From: an uncultured bacterium
Lineage (GTDB): Bacteria > Fermentibacterota > Fermentibacteria > Fermentibacterales > JCC-6
Length of the DNA: 64,000 bases
Assembly: GCA_964571965.1 (NCBI GenBank)
Contig: CAZNFQ010000001.1
Span: forward strand, 30,531 to 94,530
Direction of reading: 5' to 3'
Position 1 is the first letter of the stretch; each line of letters begins with the position of its first letter. Below, in pieces: positions 45,085-54,204 of the stretch. The position numbers and the translations under genes were made by a program. The notes below the pieces were generated by a model. The model was not told the DNA's origin, did no database searches, and worked only from the letters and a program-made list of their open reading frames with translations.

Positions 45085-46385
45085 TGACACCCGGCGAAAC
45101 TGTCAGCTGGCTTGACAAGCATGTCATAGGCCAGAAAGAGGCCAAACGAACGGTTGCTATCGCCCTGCGGAACAGATACAGAAGAAGGCTCGTCGAAGAA
45201 CCCATGCGTTCGGAGATCTACCCCAGCAATCTGATCATGATGGGTCCCACAGGGGTTGGTAAAACCGAAATAGCCAGAAGAATAGCAGGTCTGGCAGGGG
45301 CTCCGTTCGTTAAAGTTGAGGCCACCAAATACACTGAAACCGGCTATGTGGGAAGGGACGTCGAGGGTATAATCCGCGATCTTGTCCGCACGGCGGTAAA
45401 CCTTGCCACGAAGAAAGCCAGGGAAAAGAAAAAGCTGGAAGCTGAAAGTATGGTACAGCACCGGCTCCTGGCGGCGCTTCAGTCTTCCGGACCCGATATG
45501 GGAACCCCTGAAACCCTGAAACTGCTCCTTGAGAAGGGAAGACTCGAGGAAGTGGAAATAGAGCTCACCGTCTCGGAGAAAGCCATGGGTGTAGAGGTTT
45601 TTCCAATGGTTCCGGGACAGGGGTTCGATAATCAGCTGAATGACCAGATGAAAAAGATGCTGGACAAGGTCATAGGAAGAAGACGGAAAAAACTGCGCAT
45701 GACCGTGGCCAATGCCAGAAAGAAGATTTTCGACGATGAAATGGAGAGGATACTGGAGGGGGGAGACCACATCAGGGAGGGTATCAGACTTGCCCAGGAT
45801 GAAGGAATAGTGTTCATCGATGAGATCGATAAAATAATCGGCTCCGAGGGGGGAAGCGGACCTGATGTTTCAAGAATGGGCGTTCAGAGAGATCTCCTGC
45901 CCCTTGTTGAGGGAAGCACGGTTCCCACTAAGTACGGCCCTGTAAAAACCGACCATATACTTTTCATTGCAGCCGGCGCATTCCACGGCAGCAGCCCTTC
46001 CGACCTTATTCCGGAGCTTCAGGGAAGATTCCCCCTGCGGGTTTCCCTGGATCCCCTCTCCGAGGATGATCTGCTGAGGATACTCACGGAACCTGAGAAC
46101 TGCATACTTGATCAGTATCTGAAACTGCTGGAAGCTGACGGTCTTCAGCTCTTCGTGGATGCAAAGGCAAAGAGGCAGATAGCCCATACCGCAAGACACC
46201 TGAATGAAGAGAAAGAGGATATCGGCGCAAGAAGACTCCGATCCGTTCTCTCCTACCTTCTGGACGAGTATCTTTACGGTGCACCGGACATGGTCACAGG
46301 AAAAGCAAGACTCACCGGACGCAAGGCGGAGGAAAGGCTGGGACTGCTGGTTGAAAGAAGCAGCGAAGAGGGTTATATATTATGA
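45069..46385 (+). CDS. hslU: ATP-dependent protease ATPase subunit HslU
   Basis: MTPGETVSWLDKHVIGQKEAKRTVAIALRNRYRR, Walker A GPTGVGKTEIARR, GIVFIDEIDKI. The start is ATG 45069 or ATG 45084 (TAATG overlap with the hslV stop). The ORF-track TTG 45030 is less likely. Confidence 0.93.
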   Translation: MRSGVMTPGETVSWLDKHVIGQKEAKRTVAIALRNRYRRRLVEEPMRSEIYPSNLIMMGPTGVGKTEIARRIAGLAGAPFVKVEATKYTETGYVGRDVEGIIRDLVRTAVNLATKKAREKKKLEAESMVQHRLLAALQSSGPDMGTPETLKLLLEKGRLEEVEIELTVSEKAMGVEVFPMVPGQGFDNQLNDQMKKMLDKVIGRRRKKLRMTVANARKKIFDDEMERILEGGDHIREGIRLAQDEGIVFIDEIDKIIGSEGGSGPDVSRMGVQRDLLPLVEGSTVPTKYGPVKTDHILFIAAGAFHGSSPSDLIPELQGRFPLRVSLDPLSEDDLLRILTEPENCILDQYLKLLEADGLQLFVDAKAKRQIAHTARHLNEEKEDIGARRLRSVLSYLLDEYLYGAPDMVTGKARLTGRKAEERLGLLVERSSEEGYIL

Positions 46386-46417
46386 GATCGCTGTCAGGAA
46401 AGTAAGAGGGGGATAGT

Positions 46418-46996
46418 ATGCACAGGTCAGGCAATGAGATAGCCTATAAGATCGTTTACTACGGTCCGGGGCTTTCCGGCAAAACCACAAATCTTCGAGG
46501 TATCAGGGATCTTATAGCCCCTGAGAACAGAGGAAGACTGGTGACCCTCTGTACCAGATGTGAAAGAACCGTTTTCTTCGATTTCCTTCCTGTGAATTTC
46601 GCAAGGATCGGCGATACAAGGCTCAAGCTTCATTTGTATTCCGTTCCGGGCCAGGCATATTACGCCCTGAGCCGCCGGGTGATACTTGACGGGGTAGACG
46701 GCATAGTCTTCGTTGCGGACAGCCAGAAAGAAAGAGCAGAGGCCAATCTGAATACTGTGGATGACCTTGAGCACAATCTTAAGAGCTACGGTCTCGATAT
46801 TTCCATGATCCCGATAGTTCTTCAGTTCAACAAGCGTGATCTGCCCGGGATCATGTCCACCGAAGACATGAACAGAGACCTGAACAGGTTTGGCTGGCCT
46901 ACGGTTGATTCCGTTGCAATAGGCGGCAGCGGTCCTGCTGAAACCCTGAAGATCATCGCCGCTAAAATTGCCAAGCGCCATGCGCGCATCGGCTGA
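46418..46996 (+). CDS. Second MglA-type Ras-like small GTPase (paralog)
   Basis: IAYKIVYYGPGLSGKTTN, ERTVFFDFLP, LYSVPGQAYY, VDGIVFVADSQ, QFNKRD. The motif set is the same as in the gene at 36600. Confidence 0.85.
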   Translation: MHRSGNEIAYKIVYYGPGLSGKTTNLRGIRDLIAPENRGRLVTLCTRCERTVFFDFLPVNFARIGDTRLKLHLYSVPGQAYYALSRRVILDGVDGIVFVADSQKERAEANLNTVDDLEHNLKSYGLDISMIPIVLQFNKRDLPGIMSTEDMNRDLNRFGWPTVDSVAIGGSGPAETLKIIAAKIAKRHARIG

Positions 46997-49127
46997 CCTG
47001 CTGAACAAATACAGAATTACATTTCTCCTCCTTCTTATCATGGCGGGGGGATATGTTTTCCGCACGGTTTTCGCAACCGCCGTAATGCCTCCTCCCCTCA
47101 GAATGCAGGGCGAAACCACACAGGCCTACAGATATGCAGCGCTGGTCTCTTCAGGTGAAGGAATTCCTGAGGTGGACACTCTGGTCATGCGTCCCGGGGG
47201 AATGGTAACCGGGGATAACTCCATTTTCGAAGAGTACATAGCAGGGGGCATCCACCGTTTGACCGGGGGCGATCTGAACGATTTTCTGAGAATATTCTCC
47301 AGATTGTTCCCCCTCTTTTCCATACCGGTCCTTTTCCTGTGGATGAGGAACAGCGGTTTCAATGCAGGGGAATCCTTCACTGGTGCCGCACTTTACAGCG
47401 TAATTCTTCCCGCCCTTCTAAGGACCAGAGGAGAAAGCCTGTACAGGGAAACAGTGGCTCTGCCCATCATTTTCGCAGCCCTGATGCTTGCAGATCTTTC
47501 AAGAAAAAAAGAAACCCGCAGGGATCTGGTATTTTCAGCAGCAGGTGCCCTTCTGTTCTTCTGCGCCCTTGCCGCATGGAAGGTAACCGCCTTCCTTGCT
47601 TTTCTTCTGTTCGTATGGTTCAGTTTTTCAGCAACCAGAAAAACCACGGTTATCCCTTTTGCCTCTGCGCAGCTGATCGCTTCCATTACCCTCTCTCACA
47701 TGATCCACGACGGGGCTCTACACTCACCTGCAACCGTTATGGCGGTTTTCGCCGTGATAGCCTCGGTTACCGGGAAACGCAGGATATGCTCCTGGGCCGG
47801 CATTGGTCTTGCAATACTCGCCTCGATCCTCTTCCAGTCCTCTTCAACAGGTCATGTCACCTCTGTAATCCTGGCAAAATTCAGATTTCTCTTCAGGCAT
47901 CCTGAAAACCCCCTTCTCCTTGACGAGGATGCAAGATTGTTCTGGGTAAGCGGATACACCAGTCCATCTCCTGGTCAGATAATTCTGCTGTTCGGAGCGG
48001 CTCTCGCAGTGTCCGCTGCAGGTGTCAGGAGGTTTTTCAAACAGGCATCAGGAACTCTGCTTCTCTGGCTCTTTCCCGTATCCGTTGCCGGATATCTTCT
48101 TTTCGACAGGCTTCATGTAATCCTGGCATTCGGTGTGATTCCTCCTCTGATCGCATCTCTCCGAGGCAATAAATACCTGCTTGCCGGGGTTGTCGCCGTT
48201 TTCGGCACACTCTCCATGTATGTTCCTGCAGAGGCGGGTATCCTGGCCGATTCTGGTTTCCATATGGGAGAGTCCGGTTCCCTGCTCACAGACAGCGAAC
48301 TCACAGGGCTGCTGTCCTGGTCCGGCGAACACAGAGGTACGGTGCTTTCCTACTGGCATATTTCCGGTCTTCTCTCCGCCTATGCGGAAACACCTGTGGT
48401 CACCCACACTTTTTTCGAGAGCAGGGTCAACCGTGAAACCATAGTTGAGTTTGCAAGACGCATCTACGGAACTGAAGATGAAATGGCTTCATTCATGGAG
48501 GAAAAGAAAGCCCATTATCTGGTTTATCAGGCTGACTTCGTTTTTGACAGGTCACCCCAGGGGCTCCTGTACCTTGCCGGGCTCACAGAGGTTCCCGACG
48601 GATCTCTGGCCGTGAGACTTCACTACTACCCCGAGTCTCTTTCAAGGCTTGCTCCTGTCTGGCAGGGCCCTTCACTGCGGGTCTTTGCCCTGGACGAGGC
48701 TCCCTCTGATTCCCTGAAGAGGTACGTGCTCTGGGACAGGGATTACGGCGGTTTCATCAGCGACTATCCCTCAGCATTTGCCGCCGTGATGTCGCCGGTT
48801 GAAACCGGCCTTTATCTCGGGGGAACGGGAATGGAAACAGGTAATGCGTATAAAATCTCCGCCGCTCTGCTTCTTCTTGCTGAATCACCTGATGAAGTTC
48901 CATCGGATGCGTCCATAGAGCTTCTTCAGAATCTGCTTATGGCCCATCTGTACGGAGACTACCCCCTGGAGAGGCTTGCAGACGACTTTGAAACATATCT
49001 CGATGCCTGGGGACCTGATCCCCAGCTGCGCCTGGATCTCATCAGACTTCTCCGGAACGGGGGAATGGAGGAAAGGGCTGAGCATCACATCAATATTCTC
49101 CAGAATACAGGAAGGCAGGGTTCATGA
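46980..49127 (+). CDS. Polytopic membrane protein with soluble C-terminal domain, STT3/PglB-like architecture (divergent)
   Basis: About 12 TM segments. The first external loop ...GMVTGDNSIFEEYIAGG... resembles the PglB NDGYAFAEGARDMIAG loop. After the last TM, VLSYWHISGLLSAYAETPVV sits where PglB has [21 protein letters not shown]. The start (ATG 46980 or TTG 46968) overlaps the MglA paralog. Function is inference. Confidence 0.55.
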   Translation: MRASADLLNKYRITFLLLLIMAGGYVFRTVFATAVMPPPLRMQGETTQAYRYAALVSSGEGIPEVDTLVMRPGGMVTGDNSIFEEYIAGGIHRLTGGDLNDFLRIFSRLFPLFSIPVLFLWMRNSGFNAGESFTGAALYSVILPALLRTRGESLYRETVALPIIFAALMLADLSRKKETRRDLVFSAAGALLFFCALAAWKVTAFLAFLLFVWFSFSATRKTTVIPFASAQLIASITLSHMIHDGALHSPATVMAVFAVIASVTGKRRICSWAGIGLAILASILFQSSSTGHVTSVILAKFRFLFRHPENPLLLDEDARLFWVSGYTSPSPGQIILLFGAALAVSAAGVRRFFKQASGTLLLWLFPVSVAGYLLFDRLHVILAFGVIPPLIASLRGNKYLLAGVVAVFGTLSMYVPAEAGILADSGFHMGESGSLLTDSELTGLLSWSGEHRGTVLSYWHISGLLSAYAETPVVTHTFFESRVNRETIVEFARRIYGTEDEMASFMEEKKAHYLVYQADFVFDRSPQGLLYLAGLTEVPDGSLAVRLHYYPESLSRLAPVWQGPSLRVFALDEAPSDSLKRYVLWDRDYGGFISDYPSAFAAVMSPVETGLYLGGTGMETGNAYKISAALLLLAESPDEVPSDASIELLQNLLMAHLYGDYPLERLADDFETYLDAWGPDPQLRLDLIRLLRNGGMEERAEHHINILQNTGRQGS

Positions 49128-49918
49128 AATTCTGGAAGATGAGCGGTGCCGGTAACGATTTCATAATGGTGGATAACCGCAGGGGAGATCATACCGCGGA
49201 TCTTTCTCCGGAAAGAATTGCTTCCCTCTGCAGGCGGGGTCTCTCCGTGGGTGCAGACGGTCTTATAGAGATAATGGAGAGCGCCGGGAACAGCTTCAGA
49301 ATGAGATACAGCAATTCAGACGGAGGAGAAGCCGAGATGTGCGGCAACGGCGCCAGATGCATCTGCCGCTTCGCCTGTGAACTGGGTATGGTATCCATGG
49401 GTGATGAGTTTTCCTTTGAAAGTGCCGCTGGGGTTCACAGAGGCCTTGTCACAGGCGATGCCGAAGCCAGGATATGGATGACGGAGCCAGTTCTTCACTG
49501 GCCAAAGGGAAAGATCCTTACCGGAACGGAACTTGAGGCCGGTTTTGCAGATACAGGCGTTCCGCATGCTGTTGTCTTCACCGAAGACACTGAGGATGGC
49601 ACATTCGAGAAGTATGCCCCACTGGTAAGGTCAGCGGCGGAGTTCGGTCCCCGGGGAGCAAATGCCAACTGGGTGAAGGTGCTGCCGGACGGTTCGTTGT
49701 CAATGAGAACATGGGAGCGGGGAGTCGAGGGTGAAACCCTTGCATGCGGAACCGGTGCCGTGGCTTCGGCCCTTATAGCCTCAACGGTGCATGGGTATGT
49801 AACCCTTCCTGTTACGATAAATGTAAGAAGCGGCCTCAAACTGGTGGTGGGAAATGACCACAGCGGATGGTGGCTTCAGGGAGAATCTCGTTTTATATAC
49901 CGTGGTGAGACCTTATGA
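49124..49918 (+). CDS. dapF: Diaminopimelate epimerase
   Basis: FWKMSGAGNDFIMVDN, with catalytic Cys motifs EMCGNGARC and LACGTGAVAS. Confidence 0.93.
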   Translation: MKFWKMSGAGNDFIMVDNRRGDHTADLSPERIASLCRRGLSVGADGLIEIMESAGNSFRMRYSNSDGGEAEMCGNGARCICRFACELGMVSMGDEFSFESAAGVHRGLVTGDAEARIWMTEPVLHWPKGKILTGTELEAGFADTGVPHAVVFTEDTEDGTFEKYAPLVRSAAEFGPRGANANWVKVLPDGSLSMRTWERGVEGETLACGTGAVASALIASTVHGYVTLPVTINVRSGLKLVVGNDHSGWWLQGESRFIYRGETL

Positions 49919-49926
49919 CTTACAGA

Positions 49927-50002
49927 GCGGGCATAACTCAGTTGGCAGAGTGTCAGCTTCCCAAGCTGAATGTCGCGGGTTCGATCCCCGTTGCCCGCTC
50001 CA
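49927..50002 (+). tRNA. tRNA-Gly (anticodon CCC), CCA encoded
   Basis: Acceptor GCGGGCA/TGCCCGC, D-arm ACTC-AGTTGGC-AGAGT, anticodon stem TCAGC/GCTGA with loop TTCCCAA, T-arm GCGGG-TTCGATC-CCCGT, discriminator T, CCA at 50000-50002. 76 nt. Confidence 0.9.
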
Positions 50003-50018
50003 TACATTCGAGGCCTGA

Positions 50019-50600
50019 ATGACCTTTCTCATTATTTTTTACCTTTTGTCAACATCGGCATCAGCAGATGATATCTGGCAGTTAAGGTCCGGAGTGATCC
50101 CTGTTCAGGGTGCGTCTGTCTCATCCGGCTCCAATTACAGTTCGGCAATCAACGGGCTTTCAGCCCACATGAACGGTGAAGAGCTTCGTGATGGTCTCGA
50201 GTCGGGTTATGGGAGGCTTCTTTTCCCCCTTGCCGGAAACCTTGTCAGATCAGGTTACACAGCAGAAGCAGAGCTGTTCTGGCTCCATTCAGATGATGCC
50301 CCTGCAAATAGAGGGGAACTCCTGGCGGCCCTTTCCTGGTTTGGACGATACCAGCTCTATTCTCTGATGACGGACAGGGCGGAAACCCCTCCGGATATGG
50401 AGGGAAGGCTGCACGAGGATCACTGTGCCGCAGTTTGTTCGGCTGGCTGGATGACCGTGCGAAGTGACGGCCTTTTTCATCCTGAAGAACTTGTTCAGAA
50501 GGGGGATCTTATCCTTCTTTCACGGTATTTTCCCCGTTTCTCCGGCCTGGACTTCCTGCCCCTTTCTGAACTTGACCGCCCGCCCTCAGAGGGAGAATGA
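50019..50600 (+). CDS. Hypothetical secreted protein
   Basis: Signal-peptide-like N-terminus MTFLIIFYLLSTSASADD. No family recognised. ATGA overlap with the next gene. Confidence 0.55.
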   Translation: MTFLIIFYLLSTSASADDIWQLRSGVIPVQGASVSSGSNYSSAINGLSAHMNGEELRDGLESGYGRLLFPLAGNLVRSGYTAEAELFWLHSDDAPANRGELLAALSWFGRYQLYSLMTDRAETPPDMEGRLHEDHCAAVCSAGWMTVRSDGLFHPEELVQKGDLILLSRYFPRFSGLDFLPLSELDRPPSEGE

Positions 50601-51226
50601 TGTTCGAGAAAGCCAGATTAAGACAGAATGCCCAGCTGGAAGCGGCTGTGGACATGATAAAACGTTCTCAGCAGCAGATTCCAATTGGACCTGCTCTTGT
50701 TTCCTGGATACGCATCGTTCTTCTTCCTCTCTGTGTCTGGTGCGGATGGAACGGTAATTACGAAGGAATGTTCTGGCTTGCCCTCACCGCCTCTTCAAGT
50801 GATTACTTCGACGGCTGGTTCGCAAGAAGGTCGAAACAGTCATCCACTCCCGGGAAAACCCTGGACATGCTGGCAGACAAACTGTTTCTTTCCGTAATGC
50901 TTATTTTCCTGGCAAGACTTGGTGCAGTAAAGCCGGAACTGGCTCTAATCCCCGCATGGTATCACATAACCGTGGTTCTGGGTCTTCTTATGGTGTCCTG
51001 GAGCCTGAGCATTCCCGTGGTGGCCATCACCACAAGCGAGAGGCTCACCATCATACTCAGCTACATTCTCGTGATCACCGCTACAGGAGCCCTTGCCTAC
51101 CCGGAGAAGAGTATTTTCGCTAAACTCAGCGGAATTACCCAGATATTCACCCCGATAGCAGTCATACTTGGAACCATAAGCTACTTCAGGTTTTCAAGAA
51201 GACTTATACAGAGGTACATGAAATGA
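50597..51226 (+). CDS. CDP-alcohol phosphatidyltransferase family protein
   Basis: DYFDGWFARRSKQSSTPGKTLDMLADKL matches D-x2-D-G-x2-A-R-x8-G-x3-D-x3-D exactly. About 6 TM segments. Confidence 0.85.
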   Translation: MMFEKARLRQNAQLEAAVDMIKRSQQQIPIGPALVSWIRIVLLPLCVWCGWNGNYEGMFWLALTASSSDYFDGWFARRSKQSSTPGKTLDMLADKLFLSVMLIFLARLGAVKPELALIPAWYHITVVLGLLMVSWSLSIPVVAITTSERLTIILSYILVITATGALAYPEKSIFAKLSGITQIFTPIAVILGTISYFRFSRRLIQRYMK

Positions 51227-51888
51227 TTTTCCTCCTGATCCTCATGGCCTCATCGGCTTTAGAGCTGGAAAACGAAGGCCATCTTGCCCGTGCAGGTGCC
51301 GCCTGGCAGCGTGAAGGCAGCATCCAGGGACAGGCAAGGATAATGGGCAGACTTCTTGAAGAAGCTCTTTATGCAGGCGACGGGGAAAGGGCTCTGCTTC
51401 TTATCAGTGAACTCGAGCCGGTTTGCGGAGACACTTCTCTGGTACGCTTCTGGAGGGCGAGGATAGCATGGAGCGCAGGATTGCCTGAGCTTGCAGCAGC
51501 GGAACTCGACCAGGTGTGTACCTCTGACCCCTGGCTTCTGCACCGGGCACAGGGAACTGCCGCTCTCTACAGGGGACAGGGCTCCGAGGCAGCTTACCAG
51601 TTCATCCTGGCCACAGCAGCGGCAGAAACTGCCAGAAGAAAGTTCTGGAGCGGGATCGACCTGTGCTGCGCCTATCTTCTTGAAGGAATGACAGACCAGG
51701 CACTGGCCCTGTCCGAGCTGCTTTTATACAATTATCCGGCAGACGCCATGGCAGAAGTCATGTACGGTCTCTGCCTCCATTTGTCCGGACAATACTCCAG
51801 GGCTTCCGGAGTGCTCTCCGGAGTCAGCGGGGAAAGCGCCGCTGCAAAAAGGCTTGCGTATATCCTTATGGAAGGATTTGAACAGTGA
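51223..51888 (+). CDS. Hypothetical helical-repeat (TPR-like) protein
   Basis: 221 aa, Ala/Leu-rich with paired-helix periodicity. ATGA and GTGA overlaps with its neighbours. The family is not recognised with confidence. Confidence 0.5.
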   Translation: MIFLLILMASSALELENEGHLARAGAAWQREGSIQGQARIMGRLLEEALYAGDGERALLLISELEPVCGDTSLVRFWRARIAWSAGLPELAAAELDQVCTSDPWLLHRAQGTAALYRGQGSEAAYQFILATAAAETARRKFWSGIDLCCAYLLEGMTDQALALSELLLYNYPADAMAEVMYGLCLHLSGQYSRASGVLSGVSGESAAAKRLAYILMEGFEQ

Positions 51889-52775
51889 AAATATTCAGAA
51901 AGCTTTTCGGGAACAGACGACAGGAAAGGGTCAGTTCCAACTGGAATGAATTCACTTTCCCGGGGGATGTGAATAATCCGAGCTCCGTTGGTGTTTTTGC
52001 CTCTTCGGAAGTAAGCAGTATCTGGTCAGCGGTTTACATGGCAAGGGCTCTTCAGGAATCGTATCCCGATACCACCCTCCATTTCGTGGTTCACAGAGAC
52101 CTGGCTGAAATTGCCGGATTCCTGCCCTGGAAACCCGAGATTCACGTTTACGACAGCGATCCCGGAGCCGCCGAGCCTGAAGTTCCCGGTGAAATGCTTC
52201 TCTTCGTGGCAGAACCCGATGATGAACTTCTTCGTTTCGTGGAGAAATCCTCACCTGCGGCCTGTGTCTCCTTCGCAGATCATCCTGCTGTGAACATCCA
52301 GGTTAAGATAGAGGAGGAACTGCTGCCCGGGGCAATAGGAAACATGATGCAGGTACTGAAACTGAAAAGCATTGATAAGTGGGTTCCCGAGGCTCCGGCC
52401 ATTCTTTCCGAGAAGGCCTCAGCAATACTCTCTCCGGTGTCCCACCGAACGCTGCCCTACATTCTGGCCACCGAGGCCGTGGCGTCCATACTGGAGAAGA
52501 AGAGGGCGGAGATACCTCTTAAACTGGTGATTACAGACGGCAAAACGTCCAGCATTCCCCCCGGAACCGACCAGCCTCTGATGGCCGCTATCGTGGCGGG
52601 AGCCTCTGCGGTCATTACCACCAACCGCGATATCTGGATTCACGCTTCCGCACTGAGGATACCGGTCATAGGTCTAGACAGAAAAGGAACCTTCAAAGGA
52701 TGGGACAGGGAAGCGGTCACAGGCGACACGCAGTTCCTGGAAGAATGGGCTGCGCTGATCAGAAGGGGCTGGTAG
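51885..52775 (+). CDS. Hypothetical protein with weak GT9-like C-terminal region
   Basis: LMAAIVAGASAVITTNRDIWIHASALRIPVIGLDRKGTF resembles the GT9 motif (l.vgnDsGpmHlAaAlg.PvvalFG) but is degenerate. Confidence 0.45.
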   Translation: MKIFRKLFGNRRQERVSSNWNEFTFPGDVNNPSSVGVFASSEVSSIWSAVYMARALQESYPDTTLHFVVHRDLAEIAGFLPWKPEIHVYDSDPGAAEPEVPGEMLLFVAEPDDELLRFVEKSSPAACVSFADHPAVNIQVKIEEELLPGAIGNMMQVLKLKSIDKWVPEAPAILSEKASAILSPVSHRTLPYILATEAVASILEKKRAEIPLKLVITDGKTSSIPPGTDQPLMAAIVAGASAVITTNRDIWIHASALRIPVIGLDRKGTFKGWDREAVTGDTQFLEEWAALIRRGW

Positions 52776-52777
52776 AA

Positions 52778-53179
52778 TTGAAGAAGGTGATCACCTACGG
52801 AACATTCGATCTTTTTCATATAGGCCATCTGAACCTTCTTCGAAGGGCAAGGGAACTTGGTGACTATCTGGTGGTGGCGGTATCCACAGATGAATTCAAT
52901 GCCGGCAAGCACAAACAGTGTGTCTACCCCTATGAGCACAGAGCCAAAATAGTGGAAGCCATAACATATGTGGACATGGTCATACCGGAGACCAGCTGGA
53001 AACAGAAAACTGAAGACGTGAAGAAATATGGCATAGACGTCTTCGTGATCGGTGACGACTGGGAAGGAGAATTCGATTTTCTGAAGGAATTCTGTGAAGT
53101 GATCTACCTTCCCAGAACCGATCATATTTCCACCACCAGTGTGAAGCACAGTCTGCAGAACGGTGAAACCATCAGCTGA
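52778..53179 (+). CDS. tagD: Glycerol-3-phosphate cytidylyltransferase (TagD-like)
   Basis: KKVITYGTFDLFHIGHLNLLRRARELGDYLVVAVSTDEFN (HxGH) and LPRTDHISTTSVK (RTxGISTT). TTG 52778 gives the canonical N-terminus. The ORF-track start at 52700 overlaps the previous gene by 76 nt. Confidence 0.9.
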   Translation: MKKVITYGTFDLFHIGHLNLLRRARELGDYLVVAVSTDEFNAGKHKQCVYPYEHRAKIVEAITYVDMVIPETSWKQKTEDVKKYGIDVFVIGDDWEGEFDFLKEFCEVIYLPRTDHISTTSVKHSLQNGETIS

Positions 53180-54204
53180 TGAGACTTCTTTTCTATGTTT
53201 CCAAGCTATACTCGATACCGGTGGTCAGCCCTGTTTTCCTTGAGGCTGAAAGAAGAGGGATACCCTGCGCCTTCTACGTGAGCAGCAAGGTTAGAAAAAG
53301 ACTGCCTGATCACTTTCTTTCCTCTCCGGTCTTCACCGAACTGGACCGGGCCTGTGAATACCAGCCGGATTACGTACTCTGTCCCGGAAACTTCGTCGAT
53401 TTCCGTCTGCCCGGGGTGAAAGTGGAGCTTTTTCATGGTATCGGAATAGAAAAGCCATCACACTACAGGATCAGGCATTTCTTCGACTACTATTTCACAT
53501 CGGGCCCTCTGGTAACGGAACGATATATGGAAATGCAGCGTAAGCACCGCTACTTCAGAACCTTCGAAACAGGCTGGCCCAAGATCGATCACATACTGAA
53601 CTATCCAACCGGTGGACTCAGGGAGAGATACGGCATTCCGGCTGACAATAAGGTGATCCTGTACGCTCCAACCCACAGCAGGACCATGGCGTCAGCAGAC
53701 TGCATTTTACCTTCCCTTAAGGAAGCTCCCGGGATAAACGAGACCTGGTTCTGCAAACCGCATGAGTTCATGAACAGAGACACTGCAGCTCAACTGAATG
53801 ATTCAGGGATAACCATGATGGACTCATACGACATTACACCTTACCTGCACCTTGCCGATGTGCTTATATCGGATACTTCCTCCGTGGTCTACGAGTTCAT
53901 GGCCCTGGATAAGCCGGTTGTCACCTTTCGAACCCTGGGAGCCAGAGACAAGGGGATAAACATCGTATCCCCGGCGGAACTCAGGGAGGCAGTTGACCGG
54001 TCACTGGAACGACCGGAAGAATTCAGCGCTGCCCGGAAAGAACACATGGCCCGGGTGAACCCCAGACTGGACGGCGGAATATCCGGTGGAATACTGGATC
54101 TGCTTCAGTCAGGACCTGAACCGGCAGGCAGGAAACCTTTGAACCTGTTCAGAAAAATGCAGGTGGTCTGGCACGGTATCTTCAGAAAAGGCTACTTGAG
54201 GTAG
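53179..54204 (+). CDS. CDP-glycerol glycerophosphotransferase family protein (TagB/TagF-like) 1
   Basis: VILYAPTHSRT and ADVLISDTSSVVYEFMALDKPVV correspond to the TagF LYAPTWR and LITDYSS...DKP motifs. Confidence 0.8.
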   Translation: MRLLFYVSKLYSIPVVSPVFLEAERRGIPCAFYVSSKVRKRLPDHFLSSPVFTELDRACEYQPDYVLCPGNFVDFRLPGVKVELFHGIGIEKPSHYRIRHFFDYYFTSGPLVTERYMEMQRKHRYFRTFETGWPKIDHILNYPTGGLRERYGIPADNKVILYAPTHSRTMASADCILPSLKEAPGINETWFCKPHEFMNRDTAAQLNDSGITMMDSYDITPYLHLADVLISDTSSVVYEFMALDKPVVTFRTLGARDKGINIVSPAELREAVDRSLERPEEFSAARKEHMARVNPRLDGGISGGILDLLQSGPEPAGRKPLNLFRKMQVVWHGIFRKGYLR

